A stretch of 64,000 nucleotides of DNA, from the NCBI GenBank assembly GCA_963768055.1, contig CAVYGN010000002.1, positions 704,001 through 768,000 of the forward strand. The letters are read 5' to 3'. Below, piece by piece: positions 1 through 9,316 of the stretch. The position numbers and the translations under genes are program-made. How positions within the stretch are numbered: position 1 is the stretch's first letter; every line of letters starts with the position of its first letter. The notes under the pieces are model-generated. The model ran no database searches and was not told where the DNA came from. It saw nothing but the letters and a program-made list of their open reading frames with translations. This stretch comes from an uncultured Spirochaetota bacterium. GTDB lineage: Bacteria; Spirochaetota; Brevinematia; Brevinematales; JAOACQ01.

Positions 1-2165
1 TTGTCTCTCATGCGGTCCAGGTCGCCAGCAGCGAATTTTTTTATAGCTGATATCAGTCTTTCTTCTCCATATTCCTCGTCTTTTATCGATTTCGCCTCAA
101 TAATCCCATCTGTAAAAGCAACCATATAATCACCTTTTTTAAGTTGAACCTGATGAAGGATTATTTCAGGGTTGAAGACAACGCTGTCAACCATACCGAT
201 AGGCATTCCACCGGTTTCCAGCTGCTTGATCTTTTCATCTTTTGAATTGTAAATTATTGCCGGATGATGCCCTGCGTTCGTATAGTAAAGTATGCCGGAA
301 GATATGTCAACAACAGAATAAAGTATAGTAGCAAACATATTGGGAAGAGTATCCCTTTTAAGAATAGGATTTATTCCCTTCAACACCGTGGAAGTGTCCT
401 TTTCCCCGGCGGCGTAAGTTCTCAGGTGAGATCTAAGCATAGACATGACAATGCCGGCACCTACTCCATGACCAGTTACATCGGCGATCACTATACCGAA
501 ATGATTATAATCTACATCGATAAAATCGTAATAATCCCCGCCGGATTCGGTCTGCGGCTTGTAATAGGCTGAAAATTTATATTTCTCGGTATTCGGGAAT
601 GATTTAGGAAGTATGGCTTCCTGAATTGCGCTTGCATTTTTAAGTTCGGCTTCCATCCTGGCTTTATCCTTCACTTCCTCAAACGCCTTTTTCAGGCTGA
701 CGGTCATAATATTGAATTTATCAGCGAGCTGGCCGATTTCATCCTTTGCTTTCATATTTATCTTTCTATCAAGATTACCCCGGGCTATTTCATCTGTTCC
801 ATCCGAAAGCACTCTGAGCGGTCTGATCATGAAAGAAACAAAAAAATAAGTCAGGGCAAATAACCGAAGAATTATCATAACGGCAATATTTATTATATCG
901 TTATTGATCGCTATCTGATCCAGCCTGATCTGATTTAGATCCAGCACTATTCTAACGGTCCCTATCCGGTAGATATTTTTGAAATCGCTGAAGATTTTCT
1001 CAATTTTTTCCCCGGAGAAGCTGACTCCACTGTAACGGAAATTTTCAAGATTTTTCCAATCACTGTAGAGTTGTTTCATTGATGAAGAAAAATTATCCTT
1101 GTTCAATAAAGTATCACCGATCTTCTGGTCCTTCTTGAGGCTATTGGATAATTTATAGTCTATGGAGGTCAGCTTACCGACAAGATTGTCGAAATTCCTG
1201 GTAAAATTATTTTTGCTGTCAATATAACCGGAGAGATAATTGCCCAGATAATTAATAAACTGATTATCGTTTTTCAACTCCTCGTCAAAGGTGATTTTAT
1301 TATTGAATAGTTTTTTCCTGCTCCGTAAAGATATATATTCGTCGGCTTTATTTCCCGCCCAACCCAATCTCATCATCGTACTGATAAGTTCTGAAAAATC
1401 CCTATCCGTCAATGTTATAAGCCCGCCCGCCTTTAAGGAATCCCATTTCATTTTCCATAACGCCAGCCGGTTAATTTCAATAAAAGTGATTTTTGTTAAA
1501 TTTTGTCCGGTATTTTTTGTACTTCCGGGATTTTTAATATAAGGCCCGGCAGTTTCTTCAAAATCCTTTATAAAACGAAAATCGTTTATCATTTCTTCAG
1601 GATAGATTTCTCCCTTAAACAGTTTTCCATTATTATACATATCAATAAATTCGTCTATCTTAATAAATTCTGTTTTAGATAAATGCGGATGGTAAAAAGG
1701 CATGAATCCGTTAAACCAATGGATACCTTTGGATTTATCCTCATACTCTTCATAATAAACCTTGCTTTCGAATGCTTTTTTAAATTCGCTGTACATAACT
1801 CCGATCTTCTTGTTTACAGAATTTTCATCAGAATGAACAATGATATTTCCAGCGTTGTCTATAAACATTGCCATTTCAAAATTCGTAATATTTTTATAAG
1901 ACTGGAGTATATCTGTAAGGCTCACCCGGTCATGTTTTTCTATCAATATTACTTCCACGTCCTTCCTGAAGGTTTCAAGATAGACATTCATGGTATCTTC
2001 AAGTCTTTTCTTAAGAATATCATTTTGATAATTAACTATAAATCTGAAAAGTATGACTACGCCGATTATAAAAAGAACGAAAACCAGCAGAGTTGCCTTC
2101 CATTTTATACTGAAAAATACCGGCCTGATACTGGAAATGTCCCTGGCCTTTTTTGTCAATGCCAT
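1..2165 (-). CDS. Membrane-bound HAMP + SpoIIE/RsbU-type PP2C phosphatase (3' end runs off the window)
   Basis: Not in the ORF track; translated by hand from ATG 2165 (MALTKKARDISSIRPVFFSIKWKATLLVFVLFIIGVVILF...). N-terminal TM, large extracytoplasmic region, HAMP (IRPLRVLSDGTDEIARGNLD...KDEIGQLADKFNIM), PP2C motifs SGGDYYDF, IADVTGHGVGA, NAGHHP, FTDGIIEA. Confidence 0.9.
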   Translation of the reverse strand, partial: MALTKKARDISSIRPVFFSIKWKATLLVFVLFIIGVVILFRFIVNYQNDILKKRLEDTMNVYLETFRKDVEVILIEKHDRVSLTDILQSYKNITNFEMAMFIDNAGNIIVHSDENSVNKKIGVMYSEFKKAFESKVYYEEYEDKSKGIHWFNGFMPFYHPHLSKTEFIKIDEFIDMYNNGKLFKGEIYPEEMINDFRFIKDFEETAGPYIKNPGSTKNTGQNLTKITFIEINRLALWKMKWDSLKAGGLITLTDRDFSELISTMMRLGWAGNKADEYISLRSRKKLFNNKITFDEELKNDNQFINYLGNYLSGYIDSKNNFTRNFDNLVGKLTSIDYKLSNSLKKDQKIGDTLLNKDNFSSSMKQLYSDWKNLENFRYSGVSFSGEKIEKIFSDFKNIYRIGTVRIVLDLNQIRLDQIAINNDIINIAVMIILRLFALTYFFVSFMIRPLRVLSDGTDEIARGNLDRKINMKAKDEIGQLADKFNIMTVSLKKAFEEVKDKARMEAELKNASAIQEAILPKSFPNTEKYKFSAYYKPQTESGGDYYDFIDVDYNHFGIVIADVTGHGVGAGIVMSMLRSHLRTYAAGEKDTSTVLKGINPILKRDTLPNMFATILYSVVDISSGILYYTNAGHHPAIIYNSKDEKIKQLETGGMPIGMVDSVVFNPEIILHQVQLKKGDYMVAFTDGIIEAKSIKDEEYGEERLISAIKKFAAGDLDRMRD

Positions 2166-2251
2166 ATTATCTCCCGGTTTATACAATTTATTTATTTTAT
2201 AATCAAATGCTTTCTTTTACAATATTATTCAATATTTTGGGGACCGATTAA

Positions 2252-2279
2252 TTGATATTATTGGAATATAAATTATAAT
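2252..2279 (+). promoter_or_regulatory. Putative sigma70 promoter for the H-NOX-like/DUF3467/smpB operon
   Basis: TTGATA (2252-2257), 16 bp, TATAAT (2274-2279). Confidence 0.45.
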
Positions 2280-2288
2280 TTATAGGCG

Positions 2289-2343
2289 CTTGTGCCCATA
2301 GGGTACACCTGAATGATATTAGATGTACCCTAACGGGCACAAG
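2289..2343. repeat. GC-rich REP-like hairpin
   Basis: CTTGTGCCC/GGGCACAAG outer arms and TAGGGTACA/TGTACCCTA inner arms in AT-rich intergenic DNA. Confidence 0.75.
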
Positions 2344-2393
2344 TATAACCTTAGTGCATCCTGAATAGCATTAGAATCAAAAGGAAAAAGATT

Positions 2394-2921
2394 ATGAGGG
2401 TTATTTACCTGACAGCCATCAAGGAGTGGATAACAAATAAATATAACGACGGTTTGAAGTTATGGAAAGAAATAGCCGAAGAATTGGGAATCGGGGTTGA
2501 TTCTTTTAATAACCAGGACAATTATATCTCTTTTCAGCGTTTAAAATTATTGCTTAATATTTCGGCAAAAAAGATTAAGAAATCAGAATTTGACCTCAGT
2601 GTGGAATTCCTGCAGTACTGGCTAACGGATTTTGCGCCCAGGCTTTTCCAATCTCTGGCAAGGAGCGCAGGTTCTGTTAAAGAATTTTTATTTAATTATG
2701 TAAAATTGAATAATGAACTGTGCCAGTTTATACCCAATAACAGTTATATATTTAAAATAGACTTAAAGGAAAACGATAAGCAGACATTAACCGCTGTTTA
2801 TGGAAACGAAAAGAGCCTTGTTGATATTATCGGGCTTTTGCGCGGTATCGGCGCCTACTACAAGGAACAATATACTATAAAAAAGATTAATCCTTTCAGC
2901 ATTGAAATACATTTTACTTAG
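2394..2921 (+). CDS. H-NOX (heme NO-binding) family protein, degenerate
   Basis: Size (175 aa) and pattern fit H-NOX (LWKEIAEELG, SVKEFL, IGLLRGIGAYYKE); proximal His and YxSxR motif replaced. Confidence 0.7.
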   Translation: MRVIYLTAIKEWITNKYNDGLKLWKEIAEELGIGVDSFNNQDNYISFQRLKLLLNISAKKIKKSEFDLSVEFLQYWLTDFAPRLFQSLARSAGSVKEFLFNYVKLNNELCQFIPNNSYIFKIDLKENDKQTLTAVYGNEKSLVDIIGLLRGIGAYYKEQYTIKKINPFSIEIHFT

Positions 2922-2939
2922 TAACGACAGGAGTTTCCG

Positions 2940-3242
2940 ATGACGGAAAAAACCACTCTTAAAGACCAGAATTTAAAAATAGAAATCGCAAGCGATGAAA
3001 ACATAGTAAAATATTCGAATTTTGCTATTGTTTCTCATTCGCAGGAAGAATTTGTTATCGACTTTGCTCATATTTTGCCGGGAAAAGAAGAAGCCAAGAT
3101 TATTACCAGGATAATAATGACACCGAAAAACGCAAAAAATTTCCTGGCGGCGATAGGCAATAACATATCCAATTATGAAAGACAGTTCGGGGAAATAATC
3201 ATCCCTGTCAAGCCGCCAGATAAATTCCATGAAGTCCAGTAA
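2940..3242 (+). CDS. DUF3467 family protein
   Basis: YSNFAIVSHSQEEFVIDF...RIIMTPKNAK...NYERQFGEI signature. Confidence 0.9.
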   Translation: MTEKTTLKDQNLKIEIASDENIVKYSNFAIVSHSQEEFVIDFAHILPGKEEAKIITRIIMTPKNAKNFLAAIGNNISNYERQFGEIIIPVKPPDKFHEVQ

Positions 3243-3256
3243 TTCGAGAAAAATTC

Positions 3257-3715
3257 ATGGAGAAAAAAAAGATAATTGAAATCTCTCAAAACAAAAAAGC
3301 CTTTCATGATTACGAAATTTTAAATACTATCGAAGCCGGGATAGAATTAAAGGGAACCGAGATTAAATCGATCCGTGATCATTCAGTCAACCTGAAAGAC
3401 AGTTTTGTGATCATCAGGAATGGAGAAGCTATCATTTATAACCTTCATATCAGCCCTTACGGTTTCGGGAATATATTTAATCATGATGTTCTTCGGGTAA
3501 GAAAGCTTCTGCTGCATAAAAAGGAGATATTAAAATTATCCGGGCTTTCATCACAAAAAGGTGTTACTCTTGTCCCTACAAAAATTTACATAAAAGGTAA
3601 ATATGCAAAGGTGATGATAGGCATCGCAAAGGGGAAAAAACTTCATGAGAAAAAGGCGGCCTTAAAAGAAAGGGATATTAAGAGGGATATGGACAGAGAA
3701 ATGAGCGAACGTTAG
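3257..3715 (+). CDS. smpB: SsrA-binding protein SmpB
   Basis: NKKAFHDY, EAGIELKGTEIKSIR, RKLLLHKKEI, AKGKK. Confidence 0.98.
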   Translation: MEKKKIIEISQNKKAFHDYEILNTIEAGIELKGTEIKSIRDHSVNLKDSFVIIRNGEAIIYNLHISPYGFGNIFNHDVLRVRKLLLHKKEILKLSGLSSQKGVTLVPTKIYIKGKYAKVMIGIAKGKKLHEKKAALKERDIKRDMDREMSER

Positions 3716-3727
3716 CGGCCGGATACC

Positions 3728-4411
3728 TCAGTTTCTTCCTCTCGAGATTAAAATGAGTCTCAGTAATTGCATTAATGCCATCAATGCAGCGGCGACATAA
3801 GTAAGGGCTGCGGCAGAAAGGACTTTCCCGGCGCCTTCAAGCTCTATAACAGTCAGATAAGAACCCTGCTTTAATATCTTTAATGCCCTTCCGCTTGCAT
3901 CGAATTCAACCGGCAATGTGATAAAATGGAAAATAACGACACCTGTGAATAAAAATATACCGATATGAATTAATAAAGGATAACTAAATAGGATCCCTAC
4001 AATAAACAGCGGAAAAGCCAGCCATGATGTTATCCCGGCTACCGGGACTAAAGAGTTCCTGATAAAAACCGGCGTATATCCCCTTGCATGCTGAATTGCA
4101 TGCCCGCTTTCATGAGCGGCGATCCCCAAAGCCGCGATCGACGCCTGGCTGTAGACAGGTCCGGAGAGGTTCAAAACCTTATGGACCGGATCATAATGCT
4201 CCGTCAATTCTCCATTAATCATCCGGATTTTGATGTCATGAATTCCATAAGCCGTTAATATTTTTTCGGCAGCCTCTGCCCCTGTAATATTTCTCTCAGT
4301 AGTTACCCGGGAATATTTACGGTAAGTTCCTTTAGTTTTTGCCTGCGCCCACATTGCGAAAATCAAAGGCGGAATTATTAAAAGAAAAGTCCAATCGAAC
4401 AAATAAAGCAT
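3728..4411 (-). CDS. Putative neutral zinc metallopeptidase (YugP-like membrane protein)
   Basis: LTEHYDP, AAHESGHAIQHA, TLPVEFDASGRAL, AAALTYVAA. Confidence 0.92.
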   Translation of the reverse strand: MLYLFDWTFLLIIPPLIFAMWAQAKTKGTYRKYSRVTTERNITGAEAAEKILTAYGIHDIKIRMINGELTEHYDPVHKVLNLSGPVYSQASIAALGIAAHESGHAIQHARGYTPVFIRNSLVPVAGITSWLAFPLFIVGILFSYPLLIHIGIFLFTGVVIFHFITLPVEFDASGRALKILKQGSYLTVIELEGAGKVLSAAALTYVAAALMALMQLLRLILISRGRN

Positions 4412-4425
4412 TTTAATCCTCCGGT

Positions 4426-7400
4426 TTAATGTTGCGGAGCGTCTCCTATAGCCTTGAACAGGATCTCGGCGTCGTCAAATTCCACGTTAATTATCTTGGA
4501 AACGCCCATCTCTTCCATTGTAACGCCGTAAAGGGCGTCACAGATCTCTAATGTAGATTTTGAATGTGATACAATTACAAACTGGCTTGTTTCCTTAAAA
4601 TCATGCAGAAGCGATTTAAATCGTTCGATGTTATCATCATCAAGAGAAGCGTCTATCTCATCAAGTACGACGAACGGCGTAGGTTTCAGATAAAGTATAG
4701 AAAATATTACAGCGATAGCAACAAGAGCCCTTTCTCCTCCGGATAATAAAGATATACTCTGAAATTTTTTCCCGGGAGGTTCCGCGAAAATATTTACACC
4801 GCTGTTAAGGACATCTTTTTCATCCTCCAATAACAAATCCGCCCTTCCTCCGTCAAACAGCCTTGCGAATATTTTTTTAAATCCCTTCCGGATATCTTCA
4901 AAAGACGAAGTGAACTGCTCGATGCATTTTTTATTTGTTTCATCTATCAGGGCTATTATATCGATCATGGCCTTTTCACTATCCTGTTTCTGAATCGACA
5001 GGAATTCAAGCCTTTCTTTTGCATTCCGGTACTGCTCGATCGCCAATAGATTCACATCTCCGATCTTTTGCAATTCAGCCCTGAAGCTGTTGATCAATCC
5101 GTAAGTTTTTTCAATATTATCACCCTTGTCAATTTGTATAGTTTTTATATCCACATTGTAATTTTTTTGAACGTTATCGATGATTGACGATAAAAAGCCC
5201 TTTCGTTCCGAAATCGAATTATCAAGGCCGGAAATTATTTTTTCGATTTTTTGAGCGTTTTCTTCGGTGTTTTTTCTTTGATTATCGAGGTTTTTTTTCG
5301 CTTTTTGCATGCCTTCTATTAGCTTTTTTTTATTTTCAATATTATTTTTGTATTCCTCAATACGCCCTTCTAGCTTCGATTTACCGTCTTCATCAATTGT
5401 AATCCTATCGCTTATGTCCTTAATCGATAACCCGGTGTTATCTCTATCGTGCAAGTAACTTTCTTTCATTTTATCGATATCTGCAATCTGGTTTTTTATT
5501 CTAAGTATTTCGTTAGACAGGGATAAATACTTTTCATCTATTCTCGCAAAATCAATTTTTTTCTTGTTTAGTTCATCAAAATAGTTATTCCTGTCCGATT
5601 TTATCCTTATCATCTTGTCTTCATAATCGTCTATGATTTTTATCATTTCTTCAGTGATGGTCTGCCTTGTTTTGATTTTTTCGGATATGTCATTGATCTG
5701 GTTCTCAATCGTTTTCAAGGATTCCTGGGCTGAAAGTAATTCGGAATTGAATTTATTTATTTCATTTTTCATGCTGACAGCGTCATACTGACTCTTGTTA
5801 TAATTATTCTGTATTCCTTCCCTTATTTCCTGCATGTCCTTTAAAAGTTCCCTGGTCTTTTCGATTTCATCACTATTCCCGGCAATCATGGCCTCTGTTT
5901 GTTCGATCTTCCCGAGAAGGGATTCTTTTTTAGTATACGTACCGTCATCGCTGTAAAGGACGTTCAATATACTTTCATAATACTCCTTGTACCGGTAGAA
6001 CTGATTTTTTAGCGTATTCATTCTGTCCTTGATCTGATCCAATGGCGAATTATTCCGGATAATACCTATAAGATCCGAAAAAATTAAATCTATTTCAACT
6101 TCAATTTCAGGCTTTTTCCCCGTAAAATCTTTCATTAATTTAGCCTGTTTTTCAAGGGATTCAATAATGAGACGATCCATTTTCCTTGATTCTTCCTGGA
6201 TGAAACTTACTTCGTCGTTTAATTGATGATTTTCATCTTTAAGTTTTTTTTCCCTGTCATGCAGGGTTTCAATTTCTTTAACAGCTTTAGTTAATTCTTC
6301 CGTCAAAAAAGAAATATTCTGTCCGGTTATCTCAGCTTGTTCTTTTTTTTCATTTATCTGTTGTTCGATTGTTTTCATCAGGTTCCATTTTTCCTCAAGT
6401 GTGGTGCGAAAATTTTCTAACCGGGTTTGCAGCGCTATAATCTCCTGCTTGTTTTTTTCCACATTATCCTTGCTGATTATCTTTTCAAAACCGATTCCCT
6501 TGGACAGGCCCAGCGCCCTCTCGTCCAGATGTTTAATTGAAAGATGAATTTCGTCGATCTTGGCTTCAATGTTTCTCAAACTCTCTGAAACGGCTTCTTT
6601 ATCTTCAGAAGCAGAGTTTAGTTCATTCTTTTTTCCTGCAAATTCGTTTTTAAGGGCATTTCCTCTGTCTTCACCGTCTTTAAGCCTGCTTTCCAGGTTC
6701 AGTATCTGCCGTTCCATGGCTTTTTTTCTTTCTATGTTATTTATCAGCCTTGAGTTAAGTTCTCCAAACTCTCTCTCAGCCCGGGTATATTCATCGCGCA
6801 GATTGTTAAAATAGCCTTCATCCTTTTGAATATTTTCTTCCAGTTCGATAATTTTATTTTCATTAAAAACAAGCTGGTCTATCAGGGGCTTCATCTTTTC
6901 CTCATTAGCCGCCTTTTGCGCTGTTTTATTCTCTATTTCAGCTTCACAATTTGCCTTTCGCAGCGCTTCAAATTTCAATTCCTCCCTCTGTAATCCTGCT
7001 TTAAATTCCTGGTACCGGTTTGCATTATCCGCCTGTTCTTTCAAGCTGATCACTTCTCTATCAAGTTCCATTATTATATCATTCAATCTTTCAAGATTTG
7101 TTCTTGAATTTTCAAGCTTTTTTTCTGCTTCTTCTTTTCTATATTTAAATTTTGAAATGCCGGCGAAATCCTCAAAAAGAGCTCTTCTTTCAATAGGGCT
7201 CTCGCTGAGAAGCCTGTCTATTTTACCCTGTTCGAATATAGAATAACTATCCCTCCCGACCCCTGTATCCAGGAAAAGTTCTACAACATCCTTTAAGCGC
7301 ACCCTGGATTTATTTATAGAATACTGGCCTTCTCCCGACCGGAACATTCTCCTGGATACAGATACTTCGGAAAAATCAATCGGGAGCCAATGATTGTCAT

Positions 7401-7662
7401 TATCAAAAATAAGCCCCACTTCAGCCATACTCATGGCCGCACGGTCTTTGGTGCCGTTAAATATTACGTCTTCCATCCTATCGCCGCGAAGGCTTTTTGC
7501 GCTTTGCTCTCCCATCACCCATCTGATAGCTTCAACAATATTTGATTTGCCCGAACCGTTTGCGCCGACAATGCCGGTTATGCCGTCAACAAGTTCTAAC
7601 TGTGTTTTAACGGGAAAAGATTTGAAACCCTGCAGGTATAGGTATTTTAAGTATTTGACCAT
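4426..7662 (-). CDS. smc: Chromosome segregation protein SMC (no recognisable canonical hinge)
   Basis: LQGFKSF, Walker A GANGSGKSN, Q-loop FEQGKI, long coiled coils, signature LSGGE, Walker B VLDEIDASLD. Confidence 0.95.
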   Translation of the reverse strand: MVKYLKYLYLQGFKSFPVKTQLELVDGITGIVGANGSGKSNIVEAIRWVMGEQSAKSLRGDRMEDVIFNGTKDRAAMSMAEVGLIFDNDNHWLPIDFSEVSVSRRMFRSGEGQYSINKSRVRLKDVVELFLDTGVGRDSYSIFEQGKIDRLLSESPIERRALFEDFAGISKFKYRKEEAEKKLENSRTNLERLNDIIMELDREVISLKEQADNANRYQEFKAGLQREELKFEALRKANCEAEIENKTAQKAANEEKMKPLIDQLVFNENKIIELEENIQKDEGYFNNLRDEYTRAEREFGELNSRLINNIERKKAMERQILNLESRLKDGEDRGNALKNEFAGKKNELNSASEDKEAVSESLRNIEAKIDEIHLSIKHLDERALGLSKGIGFEKIISKDNVEKNKQEIIALQTRLENFRTTLEEKWNLMKTIEQQINEKKEQAEITGQNISFLTEELTKAVKEIETLHDREKKLKDENHQLNDEVSFIQEESRKMDRLIIESLEKQAKLMKDFTGKKPEIEVEIDLIFSDLIGIIRNNSPLDQIKDRMNTLKNQFYRYKEYYESILNVLYSDDGTYTKKESLLGKIEQTEAMIAGNSDEIEKTRELLKDMQEIREGIQNNYNKSQYDAVSMKNEINKFNSELLSAQESLKTIENQINDISEKIKTRQTITEEMIKIIDDYEDKMIRIKSDRNNYFDELNKKKIDFARIDEKYLSLSNEILRIKNQIADIDKMKESYLHDRDNTGLSIKDISDRITIDEDGKSKLEGRIEEYKNNIENKKKLIEGMQKAKKNLDNQRKNTEENAQKIEKIISGLDNSISERKGFLSSIIDNVQKNYNVDIKTIQIDKGDNIEKTYGLINSFRAELQKIGDVNLLAIEQYRNAKERLEFLSIQKQDSEKAMIDIIALIDETNKKCIEQFTSSFEDIRKGFKKIFARLFDGGRADLLLEDEKDVLNSGVNIFAEPPGKKFQSISLLSGGERALVAIAVIFSILYLKPTPFVVLDEIDASLDDDNIERFKSLLHDFKETSQFVIVSHSKSTLEICDALYGVTMEEMGVSKIINVEFDDAEILFKAIGDAPQH

Positions 7663-7700
7663 TCTCCCCTCTTTTTAATAAAAGGATGGTTGAATTAACT

Positions 7701-7729
7701 ATTATAAAGTTTCAGTTCATTTTTATCAA
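7701..7729 (-). promoter_or_regulatory. sigma70 promoter of smc
   Basis: Minus strand TTGATA (7729-7724), 17 bp, TATAAT (7706-7701). Confidence 0.6.
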
Positions 7730-7753
7730 TAAGAGGGCATAGATTTGTCGAGT

Positions 7754-8584
7754 TTAGCAAGCATAATAATAATATGCGAGATGGGGAAACCGGAGCTTTA
7801 TATTTGTAAGGACCTTTTTTTCTATCTGCCTTGTAGCCTCAGCGGATATAGAATATTTACTGCCAAGGTTATTAAGAGTTTGTTTTTTATCCTCTGTCAG
7901 TCCATACCTGTTTTTTATTATATCCCTTTCCCTGTTTGGAAATGAATCGATTGCTGACATAACATCCTCTTTTAACTTTTTCTTTTCAAAAATTGATTCG
8001 GGGTTATAACTGTTGTCCTGCACCATATCTACCAATTCATCATTCGGGTCGAGGCCGCCGCCGCTGTATTGAAATTCTCCATTGCCCCTGTAAAGCATTA
8101 CAATATCGATCACATCCCTTCGCTTTACCTTGAGTTCACTGATTATCTTTGCGATATCCGGCAATTTTTCGTTTTTGGAAAAGTGTTCCCTGATATAATT
8201 CTTTATTTTTTTATTGATCTCATCCTTCCTGTAAGAAATGCTCACACTGAGAGCAGGCTTAATAAAACCCCTCAATATTGACTGCTTTATCCAGAAGGCT
8301 GCGTAGGTTGAAAATTTTACGTCCCGGGCGGGGTTAAATTTGTCCGCCGCCTTAATAAGGCCTAAATTTCCGTTTTGAATGATATCCATTATAGAAGATC
8401 TTCCCTTGCAATATTCCGCTGCAATTTTTACAACCAGCTTAAGATTTGAGTTAATTAATTTTTCAAGCGCAGATCGGTCACCCACTTTTATCTTTAGAGA
8501 AAGTTCTTTTTCCTCATCACGGGTAATACGGGAAAACTTTGAAATACTTTTGATGTATTGCCGGAGTAATGTGATATCTTTCAT
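7754..8584 (-). CDS. rpoS: Alternative sigma70-family factor resembling spirochaetal (Borrelia-type) RpoS
   Basis: Regions 1.2/2/4 (NLKLVVKIA, GNLGLIKAADKF, KFSTYAAFWIKQSI, TRQIEKKVL), no region 1.1. YRKD and DNSYNPE recall Borrelia RpoS. ATG 8584 follows a GGGGG SD. Confidence 0.75.
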   Translation of the reverse strand: MKDITLLRQYIKSISKFSRITRDEEKELSLKIKVGDRSALEKLINSNLKLVVKIAAEYCKGRSSIMDIIQNGNLGLIKAADKFNPARDVKFSTYAAFWIKQSILRGFIKPALSVSISYRKDEINKKIKNYIREHFSKNEKLPDIAKIISELKVKRRDVIDIVMLYRGNGEFQYSGGGLDPNDELVDMVQDNSYNPESIFEKKKLKEDVMSAIDSFPNRERDIIKNRYGLTEDKKQTLNNLGSKYSISAEATRQIEKKVLTNIKLRFPHLAYYYYAC

Positions 8585-8607
8585 AATATCCCCCTGATAA
8601 TTAAATG

Positions 8608-8622
8608 GCAATTATTATGCCA
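8608..8622 (-). promoter_or_regulatory. Putative sigma54 (RpoN) -24/-12 promoter of the rpoS-like gene
   Basis: Minus strand TGGCA-TAATAA-TTGC: exact GG-N10-GC spacing, 24 bp upstream of the ATG. Confidence 0.65.
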
Positions 8623-8789
8623 TAAAAATAACAGGGGAAGGATGATGTTTTTCCGGTACTTAAAACCTTGCCAGTTCAGGATTATCTACTACTGTCAGCC
8701 GATGTATGTTTATTCATACTCGATTAAAATTTGTATCTTGGTTGGGGCCTATCAATTATGATATATTATTATTAATATAGCTGGAGATT

Positions 8790-9308
8790 TTATTTTTCAA
8801 TGTTCTCCAGCCATTCATTGTCTTCCTTTTCCAGTTCTATTGCGATTTGATATGCTATATCGTCTTTTTTATATTTCTTCGACAGATCGAACACAAGTTT
8901 TTTTAATTTATAAATTTCCACATTGGTCAGAAATTTCCCCATTTTTTGACCTTTTGTAAAAGAGTTAAGCAGATCAAGTACTTTGATATTGGCACAGGCG
9001 TCAAGAATATCGCAATATTCCGCGATCTGTTTATAATAATTGTTTTTTATCATCATTATAAAGACTTTATTAATATTAGAGGAAACGAAAGGCGAGATAT
9101 CTTTTACTTCAGCATGCATATATCCCAGGAGGTAAAGAAATTTGTCAATATCCTCTTTTTTTTTATATTCGCTAATTATCCTGTCGACAAGTTTGATGAA
9201 ACTTTTATTCTCCGTGTTAAAATAATGTTTTAATTCTTTAAAATCCTCCGGGGAGACTTCAAAGATACTTCCGGATAGAAGGTTTAATAATTTTGGAGAT
9301 AATTCCAT
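8790..9308 (-). CDS. Hypothetical helical protein
   Basis: 172-aa ORF with GAGG SD, directly downstream of the PAS-SpoIIE gene. Confidence 0.75.
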   Translation of the reverse strand: MELSPKLLNLLSGSIFEVSPEDFKELKHYFNTENKSFIKLVDRIISEYKKKEDIDKFLYLLGYMHAEVKDISPFVSSNINKVFIMMIKNNYYKQIAEYCDILDACANIKVLDLLNSFTKGQKMGKFLTNVEIYKLKKLVFDLSKKYKKDDIAYQIAIELEKEDNEWLENIEK

Positions 9309-9316
9309 TTGATACC

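Noticed and set aside
264..2255. Plus-strand ORFs 264-572, 1291-1542 and 1683-2255
   Set aside because: Shadows of the minus-strand HAMP-SpoIIE gene, which the track missed because it runs off the window
8585..8611. TTG start at 8611 for the sigma factor
   Set aside because: Lies inside the sigma54 motif; ATG 8584 has the SD
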